Assembly: GCA_026645745.1 (NCBI GenBank)
Contig: JAPKMU010000001.1
Span: 1-50,420 of the forward strand
Source of the DNA: Anaerolineae bacterium
GTDB taxonomy: Bacteria; Chloroflexota; Anaerolineae; Aggregatilineales; Phototrophicaceae
DNA length: 50,420 bases
Reading direction: 5' to 3'
Of this stretch, positions 1 to 9,998 are shown piece by piece (position 1 is the stretch's first letter; each line of letters opens with the position of its first letter). The position numbers and the translations under genes were made by a program. A model generated the notes under the pieces. It was not told the DNA's origin, did no database searches, and saw nothing but the letters and a program-made list of their open reading frames with translations.

Positions 1-114
1 GCCGTTTTCGCCCAGTACGCCGACAATCCGCCCGCCCGTCAAGGTGAGGCTGATGTCTCGATTGGCGTGGACGGCTCCAAAGCGTTTATCGATGTGTTCG
101 AGTTGTATTTCCAT
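1..114 (-). CDS. ABC transporter ATP-binding protein (sugar/nucleoside type), N-terminus only, runs off the window
   Basis: Read manually from ATG at 114: MEIQLEHIDKRFGAVHANRDISLTLTGGRIVGVLGENG, entering the Walker A motif. Lies downstream of a BMP-family binding protein. Confidence 0.85.
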   Translation of the reverse strand, partial: MEIQLEHIDKRFGAVHANRDISLTLTGGRIVGVLGENG

Positions 115-162
115 GCTGCCGCGCAGACTGTTTAATATTCGCCATCAAATTAAGTCTATCCA

Positions 163-194
163 TAAAAAGTCGGGGCAAGCTCAAGCTTGCCCCG
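163..194 (-). terminator. Intrinsic terminator / mRNA-stabilising hairpin between the substrate-binding protein gene and the ABC ATPase
   Basis: Perfect 10-bp stem CGGGGCAAGC-TCAA-GCTTGCCCCG (171-194) followed on the minus strand by ACTTTTTA. Confidence 0.7.
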
Positions 195-216
195 AATCTA
201 TCTTGAAGACGCGTTT

Positions 217-1412
217 TTACTCGCTCGCGCCGATCATGCCTTCCAGAAGCTGCGGCAGATACCACACATCCAGCGGCTCGACCAATTCACCTTCAGCGGC
301 GAGTTCGGTGCCGTCCTGAAGATTCAGCGGTCCTTCCCAGAGCGCGAAGCTGTCCGGGATCATCGGGTTGGTCGCATATTCCGCAAGGAACGCGATGAAT
401 TCATCAAGCTGACCAGCGGCTTCTTCGCTCAAGCCAGTGCCGGGGAGGAAGCCAACTGCCGATGTATCCAGATTGTTGATGTCCGTCCAATCCGGCGCAA
501 TCCAGTCCCAGTGCGGTTCCCACGTGCCGTCAATCACCTGCTGCACGAGTGCCAACTGCGGACCCCAGTTGAAATACGGTACACCGAGGCAAATATCGCA
601 ATATCGCATGCGCCCGCAAAGTCATACGGTACGGCGAAAACGGCTTCACCGTTCGCGGCACGCTGACCCGCCACTTCGATTGCGTTTGGCGTGTCGATAC
701 CGCTGATCACGACATCTGCACCGCTGTCAAAGAAACGGTTCGCCTCTTCGGTTGGATCAAGTGTGACGCCGGGAATGTTGAACCAGAAGCCGATCCACGT
801 CACCGTGAATTCGAGGTCTTCGGCACTGCCGCCCGCATAGTTCTCATAGCAGTAACGCGCGCCGAGATACGCTGAAGCGGCAAGGCGGCGGGTTTCCGCA
901 TTGATGAGCGGTCCAAGATAGCCAATGCTGCCTGTCTCGGTCGACAAACCAGCCGCGCATCCGGCGATCAGCTTGCCCCACTCCATCATGCCCATCGTAT
1001 TGCCGACGTTTTCCGGAGCTTCACCCGTCAGGGCGTTATCGCCCGACGCATTAACAAATACGATTTCCGGGAAGGCTTCGGCGACGACATCTGTGTCTTC
1101 TTCAAAAGCATCCGACGTGGTGAAAATCATCTGAGCGCCCTGATCCACCATTTCCGTCACCACATCAAGCAGCGTGGTTTCCGGCGCATCCGCCGGGTTC
1201 AGGCTGGGGAAGAACACCATCCGTGAATTCGGGATCAATTCCTCGATGTAGAGTCCGGCTTCGTAATGCGCCTGACTCCACCCGCGATCATTTTCGGGAC
1301 CGACCAGCACCATACCAAAAACGAATTCATCATCCTGCGCTGCTACCGGAATGACCGCTAACAAAACGACTGCCGCGAGAAAGGCAATACCGAACCAATG
1401 CTTCTTCATCAT
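217..1412 (-). pseudogene. BMP-family ABC transporter substrate-binding protein, frameshifted at ~593-608 (real lesion or assembly error)
   Basis: ATG at 1412 after AGGGAG; signal peptide MMKKHW..AAQ; BMP-like motifs GPENDRGWSQAHYEA and WIGFWF. The C-terminus (CLGVPYFNWGP...WYLPQLLEG) continues in another frame (ORF 217..609). Confidence 0.8.
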
Positions 1413-1584
1413 GCGTATGCTCTCCCTGCTGTGGGTAGAAAGGCAACGTGACGAGTTTAACAGGCTGTGAAGATTTTCCAAGTCATGGGTACGCCAAAGA
1501 ATCAGCGCGCTGTTTGTGCAGTTCGATGAATGGCAAATTCTCGGCGGCGACTCTGAATGCGAACGCCGCCGAGAGCGGGTGACT

Positions 1585-3348
1585 CTAGTCTGTGCTTGTC
1601 CCCTTATCGGCGGCGGAAACCAACTGCTCCACCCGCAGTTGAATCCGACGGTCAATCTCATCGCGGCTCAAGGAGGATTGGCTGACCAGATCATCAAACT
1701 CACACTGATCCAGTTTCAAAACCTCGACGGCAGTGGAGGCGCGCACGGTCGCGGTGCGTTTTCCTCCGCGTCGCAGACCGATCTCACCAAAATACTGCCC
1801 CGCCCGCAGGTGATCGATCACCTTACCGCCGTTGTTTTCGTCGATCACATCCACTTCGCCTTGTGCAATGATGTAAAACATATCCGCAATATCGCCCTGC
1901 TTGACGATGGTTGCGCCCGCGTCAAAGACTTCGGATTCGACTTGATCGACCACACGATGAAGTTCTTCCGGGCTAAGAGTCGGCAGCGCTTGAGCAATAT
2001 AACGTTCATACGTCATCGTCAGGCGGCGGCTGATTTCAGCGTCGATTTGCTCACGGCTCAAACCGCTGTCATGCACCAAATCCGCGAACTCCTGCCCATC
2101 CAGTTTCAGCACTTCGACATCCGTCACCGCGCGCACGGACGCCATGCGCTTCATCCCCTTGCGCAGCCCAACTTCTCCGAAGTACTGTCCGGCGCGCAGA
2201 TTAGCAAGCAAATCACCGATTTCGCCTTTTTCGTTCTCTTTGTAAACCTCAACAATACCCTTGCTGATCACATAGAAACCGTCGGCTTCCCCGCCCTGCT
2301 TAACGATGATCGTTCCGGCGCGGTAGCGCTCGACATCAAGCCTACGCGAAACTTTCATCAAATCACGCCCATGCAGCCCCGGCAGCGCAAGTTCGAGATA
2401 TTTGTCGTAGCCTTCGCGCAGCGCCAGCAGGAAAGCGATCCCTAATGCCGTAAATGTGACCATTGAATACAGAAATGAAAGGATCGGGCGCGTCGGCAGC
2501 ATCGGATTCAGTGAGGGTGCGTAAGCGGCAAGCATCCCGTTTTGCGCCAGCAGTCCATATTTACCCGCGACATCGTAAAATCGCGCCAAAACGGGTTCTA
2601 ACCCTACGGGGATCGCCGTCACGCTGTCCCCTTCGGCAACTGTTGCCCATAACTGCCGCGTTCCGGCGAAAACCGCATCTCCGTCAAACAGAAACGTATA
2701 GCTGATATAAAACGTCTCCAGCGTATGCAGGGCAAGCACGGCAAACGCGATCCACAGTGCAGCGCTGCGCGGAAAGCGCGCAAGCAAAATACCTGTACAA
2801 ATCCAGCAGAACAAAATGAATAAGAAGCTGACAACTTCCATGCTCAATTGACCGAATACCCCGCATGGAGGCGCACCGATCACCTGAGAGCCGTTCGCGG
2901 CAATATACGGCGTACCATTCGCGTCAGGTGCGACCACCAGCGAAGCACTCAAACCGGTTGCCCCAACGGAAGCAGCACGAAATCCGGCAGCGACAGCGCG
3001 CGCCGCATTTTCTTCGCTGTCAACGGGTGGCGGGCAGGAAATGATAATCCCGTCCAAAGCGCGGGCAGCGGTGAACTGCCCGATATGCTCGCCAACACGA
3101 ACGCTGACGATCAGGAGCAGCACGCCAAAGATCGCCAGCCAACCATAATGGCGTACCTTTTGGAGACTCTTAACGAACAGCAGCGGAATCCAAGGCAGAA
3201 TGGCGAGCGCAACCACCATATAAAGCGGCTGACGGGCAAGGTTCAACCCGATCACAGCAATCAACGATGCGCCCGCAGTTCCCACCAGCACAGAATCGGG
3301 AATTTGTCGAATACGCGCGCTAAACGGAGCAGAACGATCAGCAGTCAT
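1585..3348 (-). CDS. Integral membrane protein with two tandem C-terminal cyclic-nucleotide-binding domains
   Basis: Start moved to ATG 3348 (GGGAGG upstream). Several TM helices, then two CNB repeats (IVKQG..AD.FY.I..G.V.V...LRAGQYFGE.GL....R.A.VRA). Confidence 0.85.
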   Translation of the reverse strand: MTADRSAPFSARIRQIPDSVLVGTAGASLIAVIGLNLARQPLYMVVALAILPWIPLLFVKSLQKVRHYGWLAIFGVLLLIVSVRVGEHIGQFTAARALDGIIISCPPPVDSEENAARAVAAGFRAASVGATGLSASLVVAPDANGTPYIAANGSQVIGAPPCGVFGQLSMEVVSFLFILFCWICTGILLARFPRSAALWIAFAVLALHTLETFYISYTFLFDGDAVFAGTRQLWATVAEGDSVTAIPVGLEPVLARFYDVAGKYGLLAQNGMLAAYAPSLNPMLPTRPILSFLYSMVTFTALGIAFLLALREGYDKYLELALPGLHGRDLMKVSRRLDVERYRAGTIIVKQGGEADGFYVISKGIVEVYKENEKGEIGDLLANLRAGQYFGEVGLRKGMKRMASVRAVTDVEVLKLDGQEFADLVHDSGLSREQIDAEISRRLTMTYERYIAQALPTLSPEELHRVVDQVESEVFDAGATIVKQGDIADMFYIIAQGEVDVIDENNGGKVIDHLRAGQYFGEIGLRRGGKRTATVRASTAVEVLKLDQCEFDDLVSQSSLSRDEIDRRIQLRVEQLVSAADKGTSTD

Positions 3349-3389
3349 AAGGCAGCCCCCTCCCAAATAGTCAGCTTGTTCGCTTACAC

Positions 3390-3608
3390 CTACGTCGTTC
3401 GGCGTGCGCGCCGGACGGCAACCGCGCCAAACACAATCGTAATCACTGCCACAAAGATAATTCCGATCAGCAGTCCAGAGGATCGACTGCTCCAATCATC
3501 AACGGTCACAGGATGCCCTAGGGTTTCTTGGGCGGCGGCGACCTGTGCCATAACCAGCAGCGTGATCAGAATCACGGGCAGACGACAGCGGCGAAGTGGA
3601 TCAAGCAT
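3390..3608 (-). CDS. Small exported/membrane protein (signal peptide, C-terminal TM helix, Arg-rich tail)
   Basis: 72 aa, GAGAGG upstream, AAA|Q cleavage-like site, TM GLLIGIIFVAVITIVFGAVAV, tail RRARR. Co-oriented with and just upstream of the CNB gene. Confidence 0.6.
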   Translation of the reverse strand: MLDPLRRCRLPVILITLLVMAQVAAAQETLGHPVTVDDWSSRSSGLLIGIIFVAVITIVFGAVAVRRARRTT

Positions 3609-3774
3609 ACGTTTGCGCGCCTCTCAAAAATACGTGCAGACTTTAACCGAGTCTATAGAGGATCACCCACCTCGTGCAACGATTGAAAAAATCTCACAGG
3701 TGTTGACGAGTAGCGCGCCCCGAAGTATGTTACAATCGTTGGCATACGCGGCTCGTATATCGAACAGGTGATCC

Positions 3775-6700
3775 ATGCCTGAAATCAGCCTGAGAGATTA
3801 TCTCAACAAGCTGGAAAATGCGCTGTTTGCTGGCAGCGCGGATGAGGTGATTCATCACAGCCGCCACATCCTACAGTTTTACCCCAAAAATGTTGCCGCC
3901 TACCGCTACTTGGGGCGAGCACTTGTACACAACGCCCGCTGGGAAGAAGGCAGCGCGGCGCTGCGCCGTATTCTCAGCGTGATCCCGGACGATTACACCG
4001 CCCACCTCAGTCTGAGCGAGGCATACGACGGGTTAAAACGGGGGGACAGCGCGATTTGGCATTTGGAGCGTGCTTTTGAGCAGCAGCCGAACAGCCGTGA
4101 TCTGATCGAAGCGGTTCGTGCGATGTACCGGCGCTACCGTGCGGTTGAACCCAAAATCGGCTTGACCAGCGCCGCAGTCGCGCGCCAGCATTTGGCGAAT
4201 CGCCGTTACGATCAGGCGATTGAAACGCTGCGCAGCGCCGTCTCCCGCGCACCAGATCGGGTTGACCTGAAGCTGTTACTCGCCCAAGTGCTTTGGGAAA
4301 CGGGTGACAAAGTTGGCGGGGCAGAATCGGCGCTTGATGTGCTGGAAGTGCTGCCGGACTGCATGGAAGCCAACGTCATTTTGACACGCTTATGGCTTGG
4401 CGAGGGTCGCCCGTCCGACGCGCAGCGCTACCTCAGCCGCGTCGAATCCGTCGATCCGTATCGCGCGTTAGAAATCGCGCAAGGCGACTCGCCGGATGAT
4501 GCGTTCAGGCTTGAGGAACTCGATTACCAGCGCTTCGCCAAGACCGAAGCCTCCAGCGCCCGACCTGACTGGCTGACCCAAATCACGCGCGACAGCGCCG
4601 CCTTTGCATCATCTGAATCCCCTAGTGCGACACCAAGCACTGAAAGCGATTGGAATCAGTGGTCGAGCGGAATGTTGAGTTCTGCCGCCGCGTCAACGCC
4701 TGACGATGAGCCAGCGCCGATCAGTTTCGGCTTGGACGAAGAAACTGAAGTCCCGAATTTTGATCAATTCGCCGTGCCGCCCGTCAGCGATGCTCAAACG
4801 CAAATGCCGCCCATCGCAGATGACCCGATGGCATGGCTGCGCGCGGCTGGTGTTGAAGTCCACGACGACGAAACCCCTGAAGAAATCAGCTTTGATGACG
4901 ATGATTTTGGCGGATTCGATACTGCCAGCCCAACTGCGTGGATGCATGACGAGGACGAGGAAGCGATCCGTCTTGAGCCGACCGCGCCGGAATTTGGCAG
5001 CGATCCGATGTCATGGATGCGTGATGCAGCGTCGGGCATGATCGACGAATCGGATGTTCCGGCAGCCCCGCCTGATACGGATGGGTTTAGCTGGATCGCC
5101 GATGATGACATTGCGCTTCCGATCACTTCAGAGGAAAGCGACAATCCCGTTCAAGCCGATCTCAGTTGGATGCAAGACGAGAGCGGTGTTTTGAGCGACG
5201 CCTTCGCAATGGAGCAGTTGAGCGCCCCCGAACCCGCCGCTCCACCACCTCCTGAGCAGCAGTTTGATCAACTGTTCCCCGATTTGGACATGCTCACAAC
5301 CTCGGTTGATGCAGAGGCAAGCGAGATCGAGGATGCTTCATTCAATTTTGAATTTGAATTCGAACCGGAAGAATCCGCCGAACAAGTCGAGCCTGCTCTC
5401 CCTGATTGGATGCGCACCAGTTCATTCGATGATGACGACGCGCAAGAAGAACCGGTGAGTGCCGACGAAGTTCCCGATTGGATGCGCGCCGCGAGTACAA
5501 GCGGTGTTTTTGATGAAGCGCGTGCCGAGCAAACCGACGCCGCACCTTCTCCGGAAGTGGTCGATAAACCGCGCACCGGGTTGACAGGACTGCTAAACAG
5601 CGCAAACTTGGACTGGTTGAACAAGTCCACTGAGCCGGAACCAGCGCCATCTGATGCTTGGATGGCGATGTTTGATGAGCAGCCGCCAAAATCTGATTCG
5701 GTCACTGATGCGCCCGGGTGGCTGCTTTCGATTGATGAAGAACAGACGACAGCACCCGCCTCCCAACCGCCATCGGCTGAAATGGAGTTCGATATGCCTT
5801 CTGATAAGGATTTCGATTGGATGCCCCAAGGCGAGGAACGCCCAGACGAGCAGCCCGAAGGTGAGACAGGTGAGTTATCCTTTGAGCCTGAATTTGCCTC
5901 TCCTGCCGAACCGCCTTCCACGTCCGAGGTGCCGGATTGGTTTTCGGCGATGGACAATGAACCGGGCGACAGCCAGCCTGAGCCTGAACCAGAACTCAAA
6001 CCAGTAGGCAGTGCCCTTGAACCGGGTGATCTGCCAGACTGGTTAACAGATTTGGAAAGCGGCGAACGGCTTGACCGCGACGAAGCGCCCGCACAACCCG
6101 CCGAACCCGCTTCCTTCGATTGGACAAATGTCGAACCAACCGAAGCAGCAGCACCCACGTCTGCCGCCGCGCAGCCGATTGGAGATGATTTCTCTGCATG
6201 GCTGACGGGCATCAACGACGAATTCAAAGATGAAGCCGAAACGCTCGGCTTGAGCGAGGAACTTGCTGCGGCGAGTGACGAACGGGTTTGGGAAGTTGAG
6301 GACGAGGTCGAAGACCCTGATCTTTCTATGTTCGGCATCGACCCAGATGAAGTCGAACCCGCTTCAAGCGGATTCCCGGATTGGTTGAGCGAACTCAAGC
6401 CGGAGCCCCCTGCCCCAGAAATGGAAAATATCGAAGCGGATCCGCTCATGCCGGATACCAGCCTCGAAGTCACCGAGGATCTGCTGCCCATTGGATTGGG
6501 AGCGGTTGAGGAAGAAGCCGAGCCGTTCGACTCGCTAGAGCCTGCCGCCGAGTCCGATCTTTCATGGCTGAGTGCTGCCGTCATCGACGACGATGCGCAA
6601 GACCTCGAAGAAGCGTCAGAGGAGCCGGATGCCATTTTCGCCACAAGCGGCGAATGGACGACGGATGAACTTGCCGACAGTGTTCTCGATCTTGAGGATG

Positions 6701-7692
6701 AGTTCGAAGATGAGTTTGGCGATGAAGCCGAAGAACCCGTCGAAGCCGATCTCTCATTCTTGGAACTGGAACTGGAAGATGAGGCTGACGAGCTTGCGTT
6801 AGAATCAGACGCCGAACCTGAAACGACCGCCCTCCCCGACTGGCTAACGGATATGGATGCCGAAGCCGAACCAAAATCCGATACGCTCCCCGTCAAACCG
6901 GAGGATGGTGTACGCATTACCGAAGAACTGCTGCCGATTGGGATGGGCGCAATAGAACCCGATCCCAAACCGCTCGATGAACCAGAACCCGCCGACGAGC
7001 ACGCCGACTATCGCACCATATCGGGCAGCAGCGAAGGTCATGAAGCCGATGTTGCGAAAGACTTCGGCGCGGTCGAGGGTGAACCCGATGATATCTATGC
7101 GCGTAACAGCGAATGGGCGACGGACGATCTCGCCGCCAGCGTCGGTCCACAAACGAGCGTAACCAATTATGATGAAACGCCGGTCATTGAAATTGAAGCG
7201 GAAGGCGGCGAAGCTGCCGATATGATCGGCGATGCGGAGGAAACGATGCCTGCTGAGGCAAATGTGCCAGATTGGTTGAATGCGATGGTTCCCGGCGTCG
7301 ATGTCGATTATGATGTCGAAGAAGATGAACCCATCGAAAGAGAATTCGTCGAAGAACCCGCGCTGATTCAGCCCGACAGCTCAAGTGCTGCCGTGCTCAC
7401 GGATGCGGACGAATTCCAATGGTTGACGGATATGGTCGATGAAGAAACCCGCGAAATCGTTCCCGAAGCACCGCCCGTGCTTCCCGAACTTCCCGGTGCA
7501 AGCGCGACCAGCAAGCCGCGTTTCGCCTTCACCCGCCGACCGGAGTGGCTGAAGTTCTCGAAGGCGCCCGCGTGGGCGAAGAAATCACCCGCGAACGAGA
7601 ATCCGCCCGCCGCTGATTCACAGGACGATTTTCCTGATTGGATTGACGACGATCCTGATCGCAATAATGATCTACCCGAATGGTTGAAGTAA
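3775..7692 (+). CDS. N-terminal tetratricopeptide-repeat protein with ~1000 aa acidic, Pro-rich disordered region of recurring Trp motifs
   Basis: TPR-like helices in the first ~230 aa (AYRYLGRAL, AHLSLSEAY, LLLAQVLW); the rest is D/E/P-rich with many (P)(D/E)W(L/M) motifs. Confidence 0.85.
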   Translation: MPEISLRDYLNKLENALFAGSADEVIHHSRHILQFYPKNVAAYRYLGRALVHNARWEEGSAALRRILSVIPDDYTAHLSLSEAYDGLKRGDSAIWHLERAFEQQPNSRDLIEAVRAMYRRYRAVEPKIGLTSAAVARQHLANRRYDQAIETLRSAVSRAPDRVDLKLLLAQVLWETGDKVGGAESALDVLEVLPDCMEANVILTRLWLGEGRPSDAQRYLSRVESVDPYRALEIAQGDSPDDAFRLEELDYQRFAKTEASSARPDWLTQITRDSAAFASSESPSATPSTESDWNQWSSGMLSSAAASTPDDEPAPISFGLDEETEVPNFDQFAVPPVSDAQTQMPPIADDPMAWLRAAGVEVHDDETPEEISFDDDDFGGFDTASPTAWMHDEDEEAIRLEPTAPEFGSDPMSWMRDAASGMIDESDVPAAPPDTDGFSWIADDDIALPITSEESDNPVQADLSWMQDESGVLSDAFAMEQLSAPEPAAPPPPEQQFDQLFPDLDMLTTSVDAEASEIEDASFNFEFEFEPEESAEQVEPALPDWMRTSSFDDDDAQEEPVSADEVPDWMRAASTSGVFDEARAEQTDAAPSPEVVDKPRTGLTGLLNSANLDWLNKSTEPEPAPSDAWMAMFDEQPPKSDSVTDAPGWLLSIDEEQTTAPASQPPSAEMEFDMPSDKDFDWMPQGEERPDEQPEGETGELSFEPEFASPAEPPSTSEVPDWFSAMDNEPGDSQPEPEPELKPVGSALEPGDLPDWLTDLESGERLDRDEAPAQPAEPASFDWTNVEPTEAAAPTSAAAQPIGDDFSAWLTGINDEFKDEAETLGLSEELAAASDERVWEVEDEVEDPDLSMFGIDPDEVEPASSGFPDWLSELKPEPPAPEMENIEADPLMPDTSLEVTEDLLPIGLGAVEEEAEPFDSLEPAAESDLSWLSAAVIDDDAQDLEEASEEPDAIFATSGEWTTDELADSVLDLEDEFEDEFGDEAEEPVEADLSFLELELEDEADELALESDAEPETTALPDWLTDMDAEAEPKSDTLPVKPEDGVRITEELLPIGMGAIEPDPKPLDEPEPADEHADYRTISGSSEGHEADVAKDFGAVEGEPDDIYARNSEWATDDLAASVGPQTSVTNYDETPVIEIEAEGGEAADMIGDAEETMPAEANVPDWLNAMVPGVDVDYDVEEDEPIEREFVEEPALIQPDSSSAAVLTDADEFQWLTDMVDEETREIVPEAPPVLPELPGASATSKPRFAFTRRPEWLKFSKAPAWAKKSPANENPPAADSQDDFPDWIDDDPDRNNDLPEWLK

Positions 7693-7735
7693 ACTAAGCC
7701 GCGCGGCGCACACGGAGCAGCGGAAAGGGTCAAGA

Positions 7736-9922
7736 ATGACAGACATCGAAATGCCCGATTTCGATAATATGTCGCAAGAGGAAATAATGCGGTGGATGGA
7801 GTCGCTTGCCAAGAAACAGGGCGCGACTGAAGGATTAACCACCGCCGCTGACATGGAAATCCCCGACATTGATCCGAATTCAGTCGTGATCGATGAGCCG
7901 GGTTATGTTCCGTCGGAGAAATTCAAATCCTCCTCCACCAAAACGGCGGAAACCGCAGCGGCAAAACCTGAAGCGCCTGCCGCCCCGCCGCCTGCGCCAA
8001 AACCCGAACCGCAGCGCCCGCCGGCTGCCGTCGCGCCGCCTCCGCCCGAAGCACCTGCTCCGCCGCCCGTAACCAGTGGTACACCGCCGCGTGGTACAGG
8101 GGAGCGGATTTCGCTGCCGACGGATCGCCCAGAATCGCGCCCCGGCGTGCAGCGCCCCGCCGCGAGTGTTCAACCGCCGCCCCGTGTCGAACCTAAACCT
8201 GCCGCTGTGCCGGATACGCCGCCTTGGGATACAGATGATCGTCCCGCCCAAGCGCCGCCGCCCGCACCACCGCGCCCTGCTGCTGCGAAGCACGAAGCGC
8301 CTGTTGTACCGCCCGCGCCCACGCCTGAACCTGCTGCCGAGGGCGATCTCGCGTGGCTGGAGAGCCTTGCCGCTGGCTTAGGCGGCGAAAGCCTTGACCT
8401 CGATCTCTCGTCACTGGGCGAAACTGCCGCGCAAGACACCAGCGGCGCTGATGCGTGGCTCTCAAGTTTGGTTGCCAGCGGCGGCGAGCCTGAACCCGCA
8501 CCGCCTATAGCTGCCGCGCCTCCGCCTCAAGCGTCTGCTCGTCCAGCGTATGAAGAACCAACATCGTGGTTGGATGCACTGGCGTCAGGTGAAGACTCTG
8601 AGCCGATTGGTGTTCAAGCACAGGATGATCTTACCCCTGCCGCATTACCGGAGACTTCCGGCGTTGATGCGGTAGATTGGCTCGATGCACTCGCCGCATC
8701 AGGCGAACTCGGTGAACCGGCAACCGCCGGAGCAGATGATGAAGAATTGGCTGATCCCCAAGCGCTTGGCGAGATTGAAACCGCTATCCGCGAGGGACGT
8801 GTTTCGGCTGATCAGATGCAGCGCTGGTTAAATGAGCAAAGCGAAATTCTCAGCCATCAGCCTGAGATCAGTCTCGATGATTTTATCGACCCAGACGCGC
8901 CGCCTGTACCCGCCGACATCCCCGATTGGCTGTTGGAATCGCAACCAACGGATACCGACGAAGCGACTACCGGAACGCCTGCGCTTCTCGAATCCCTATT
9001 CGATGCGCCAGCCGCGTCAGCCACATCCGAAATGCCGGAATGGCTGCAAGCACCGATCACTTCTGAACATCCCTCCGTCGATTTTGACGATATTTTCGCG
9101 GACGCAGGATCGGAGAGTGAACCACTCGAAGACCTGAGCAGTGTTGAGCCGGCTTTTGAAGTCGAAATTGATCCGACTGACTCGTGGGCAGAAGCCTTCG
9201 ATATGGAGCAGGATCAAGGATTGGGCAGTCCGCAAGACGAACCCGAATGGTACACACGCAACGTCACCGACCCGGCGAGGATCGCCGCTGTAGATGCGCT
9301 GGCAAGTGGTACGGGAACGCTGCGTGACGCCTCGCTGCCCGCCGAAGAAGATTTGCAGCAGGGTCAGGAAACCGATGTTCCGGCATGGATGACCGCCGAA
9401 GTTGCTGCCGCGCCCGTCGAAACACCCGAAGATGCTCCGGTCATCATGGGCGATGTCCCCGACTGGCTGCGCGAAACCATCGATACGCCGACCGAATCGG
9501 ACATGCCAGAATGGCTGATCGAAACCGGGCAGTATGAAGACCTCGCCTCAATCGTCGAAGACGAGCCTATTGGCGAACTGGAACTGATGCCCGAACCTTC
9601 CGCGCCGCCAGCCCCGCCGCCTGTCCGTCCTACGCCAATGCCTGCTGCGCCGCCTGTTGAGCTTTCCGGCGATGTGATGACCTCGCTCGCGCAAGCGCGT
9701 GAACTCAGCCGCGCGAACAACCTTGCAGACGGCTTACGCATCTACGAAGCGCTGATCCGCAAAAACGCCGCGCTTGATGATGTCGTCGGCGATCTGGAAG
9801 GTTTGAAGCGTATCTATCGCAGTGACCCGGCGGTGTACCGCGTGCTTGGGGACGGTTTGATGCGTCAAGGCAAACTTCAGCAAGCGCTTGACACTTACCG
9901 GGACGCGTTGAGCCAACTATAA
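7736..9922 (+). CDS. Pro-rich/acidic Trp-motif protein with C-terminal TPR
   Basis: Pro/Ala-rich N-region, acidic PDWL/PEWL repeats, C-terminal TPR (VYRVLGDGLMRQGKLQQALDTYRDAL). Confidence 0.85.
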   Translation: MTDIEMPDFDNMSQEEIMRWMESLAKKQGATEGLTTAADMEIPDIDPNSVVIDEPGYVPSEKFKSSSTKTAETAAAKPEAPAAPPPAPKPEPQRPPAAVAPPPPEAPAPPPVTSGTPPRGTGERISLPTDRPESRPGVQRPAASVQPPPRVEPKPAAVPDTPPWDTDDRPAQAPPPAPPRPAAAKHEAPVVPPAPTPEPAAEGDLAWLESLAAGLGGESLDLDLSSLGETAAQDTSGADAWLSSLVASGGEPEPAPPIAAAPPPQASARPAYEEPTSWLDALASGEDSEPIGVQAQDDLTPAALPETSGVDAVDWLDALAASGELGEPATAGADDEELADPQALGEIETAIREGRVSADQMQRWLNEQSEILSHQPEISLDDFIDPDAPPVPADIPDWLLESQPTDTDEATTGTPALLESLFDAPAASATSEMPEWLQAPITSEHPSVDFDDIFADAGSESEPLEDLSSVEPAFEVEIDPTDSWAEAFDMEQDQGLGSPQDEPEWYTRNVTDPARIAAVDALASGTGTLRDASLPAEEDLQQGQETDVPAWMTAEVAAAPVETPEDAPVIMGDVPDWLRETIDTPTESDMPEWLIETGQYEDLASIVEDEPIGELELMPEPSAPPAPPPVRPTPMPAAPPVELSGDVMTSLAQARELSRANNLADGLRIYEALIRKNAALDDVVGDLEGLKRIYRSDPAVYRVLGDGLMRQGKLQQALDTYRDALSQL

Positions 9923-9998
9923 TCTCTCTCATCATCAACCACGAGGGGCGCACACAAATGCGCCTCTCTTGCTGAATAACATCACAGGAGTAGTTGAC

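Noticed and set aside
1413-1584. Purine riboswitch upstream of the BMP gene
   Set aside because: No purine aptamer motif seen; the only strong hairpin (1539-1572) better fits the end of the upstream transcript.
1516-3771. Long plus-strand ORFs 1516..2445 and 2848..3771
   Set aside because: Antisense to the well-supported CNB protein and lacking motifs.
5268-6968. 566-aa Ser-rich antisense ORF
   Set aside because: Shadow of the Glu/Asp-rich sense gene; the composition follows from the reverse complement of GAA/GAT codons.
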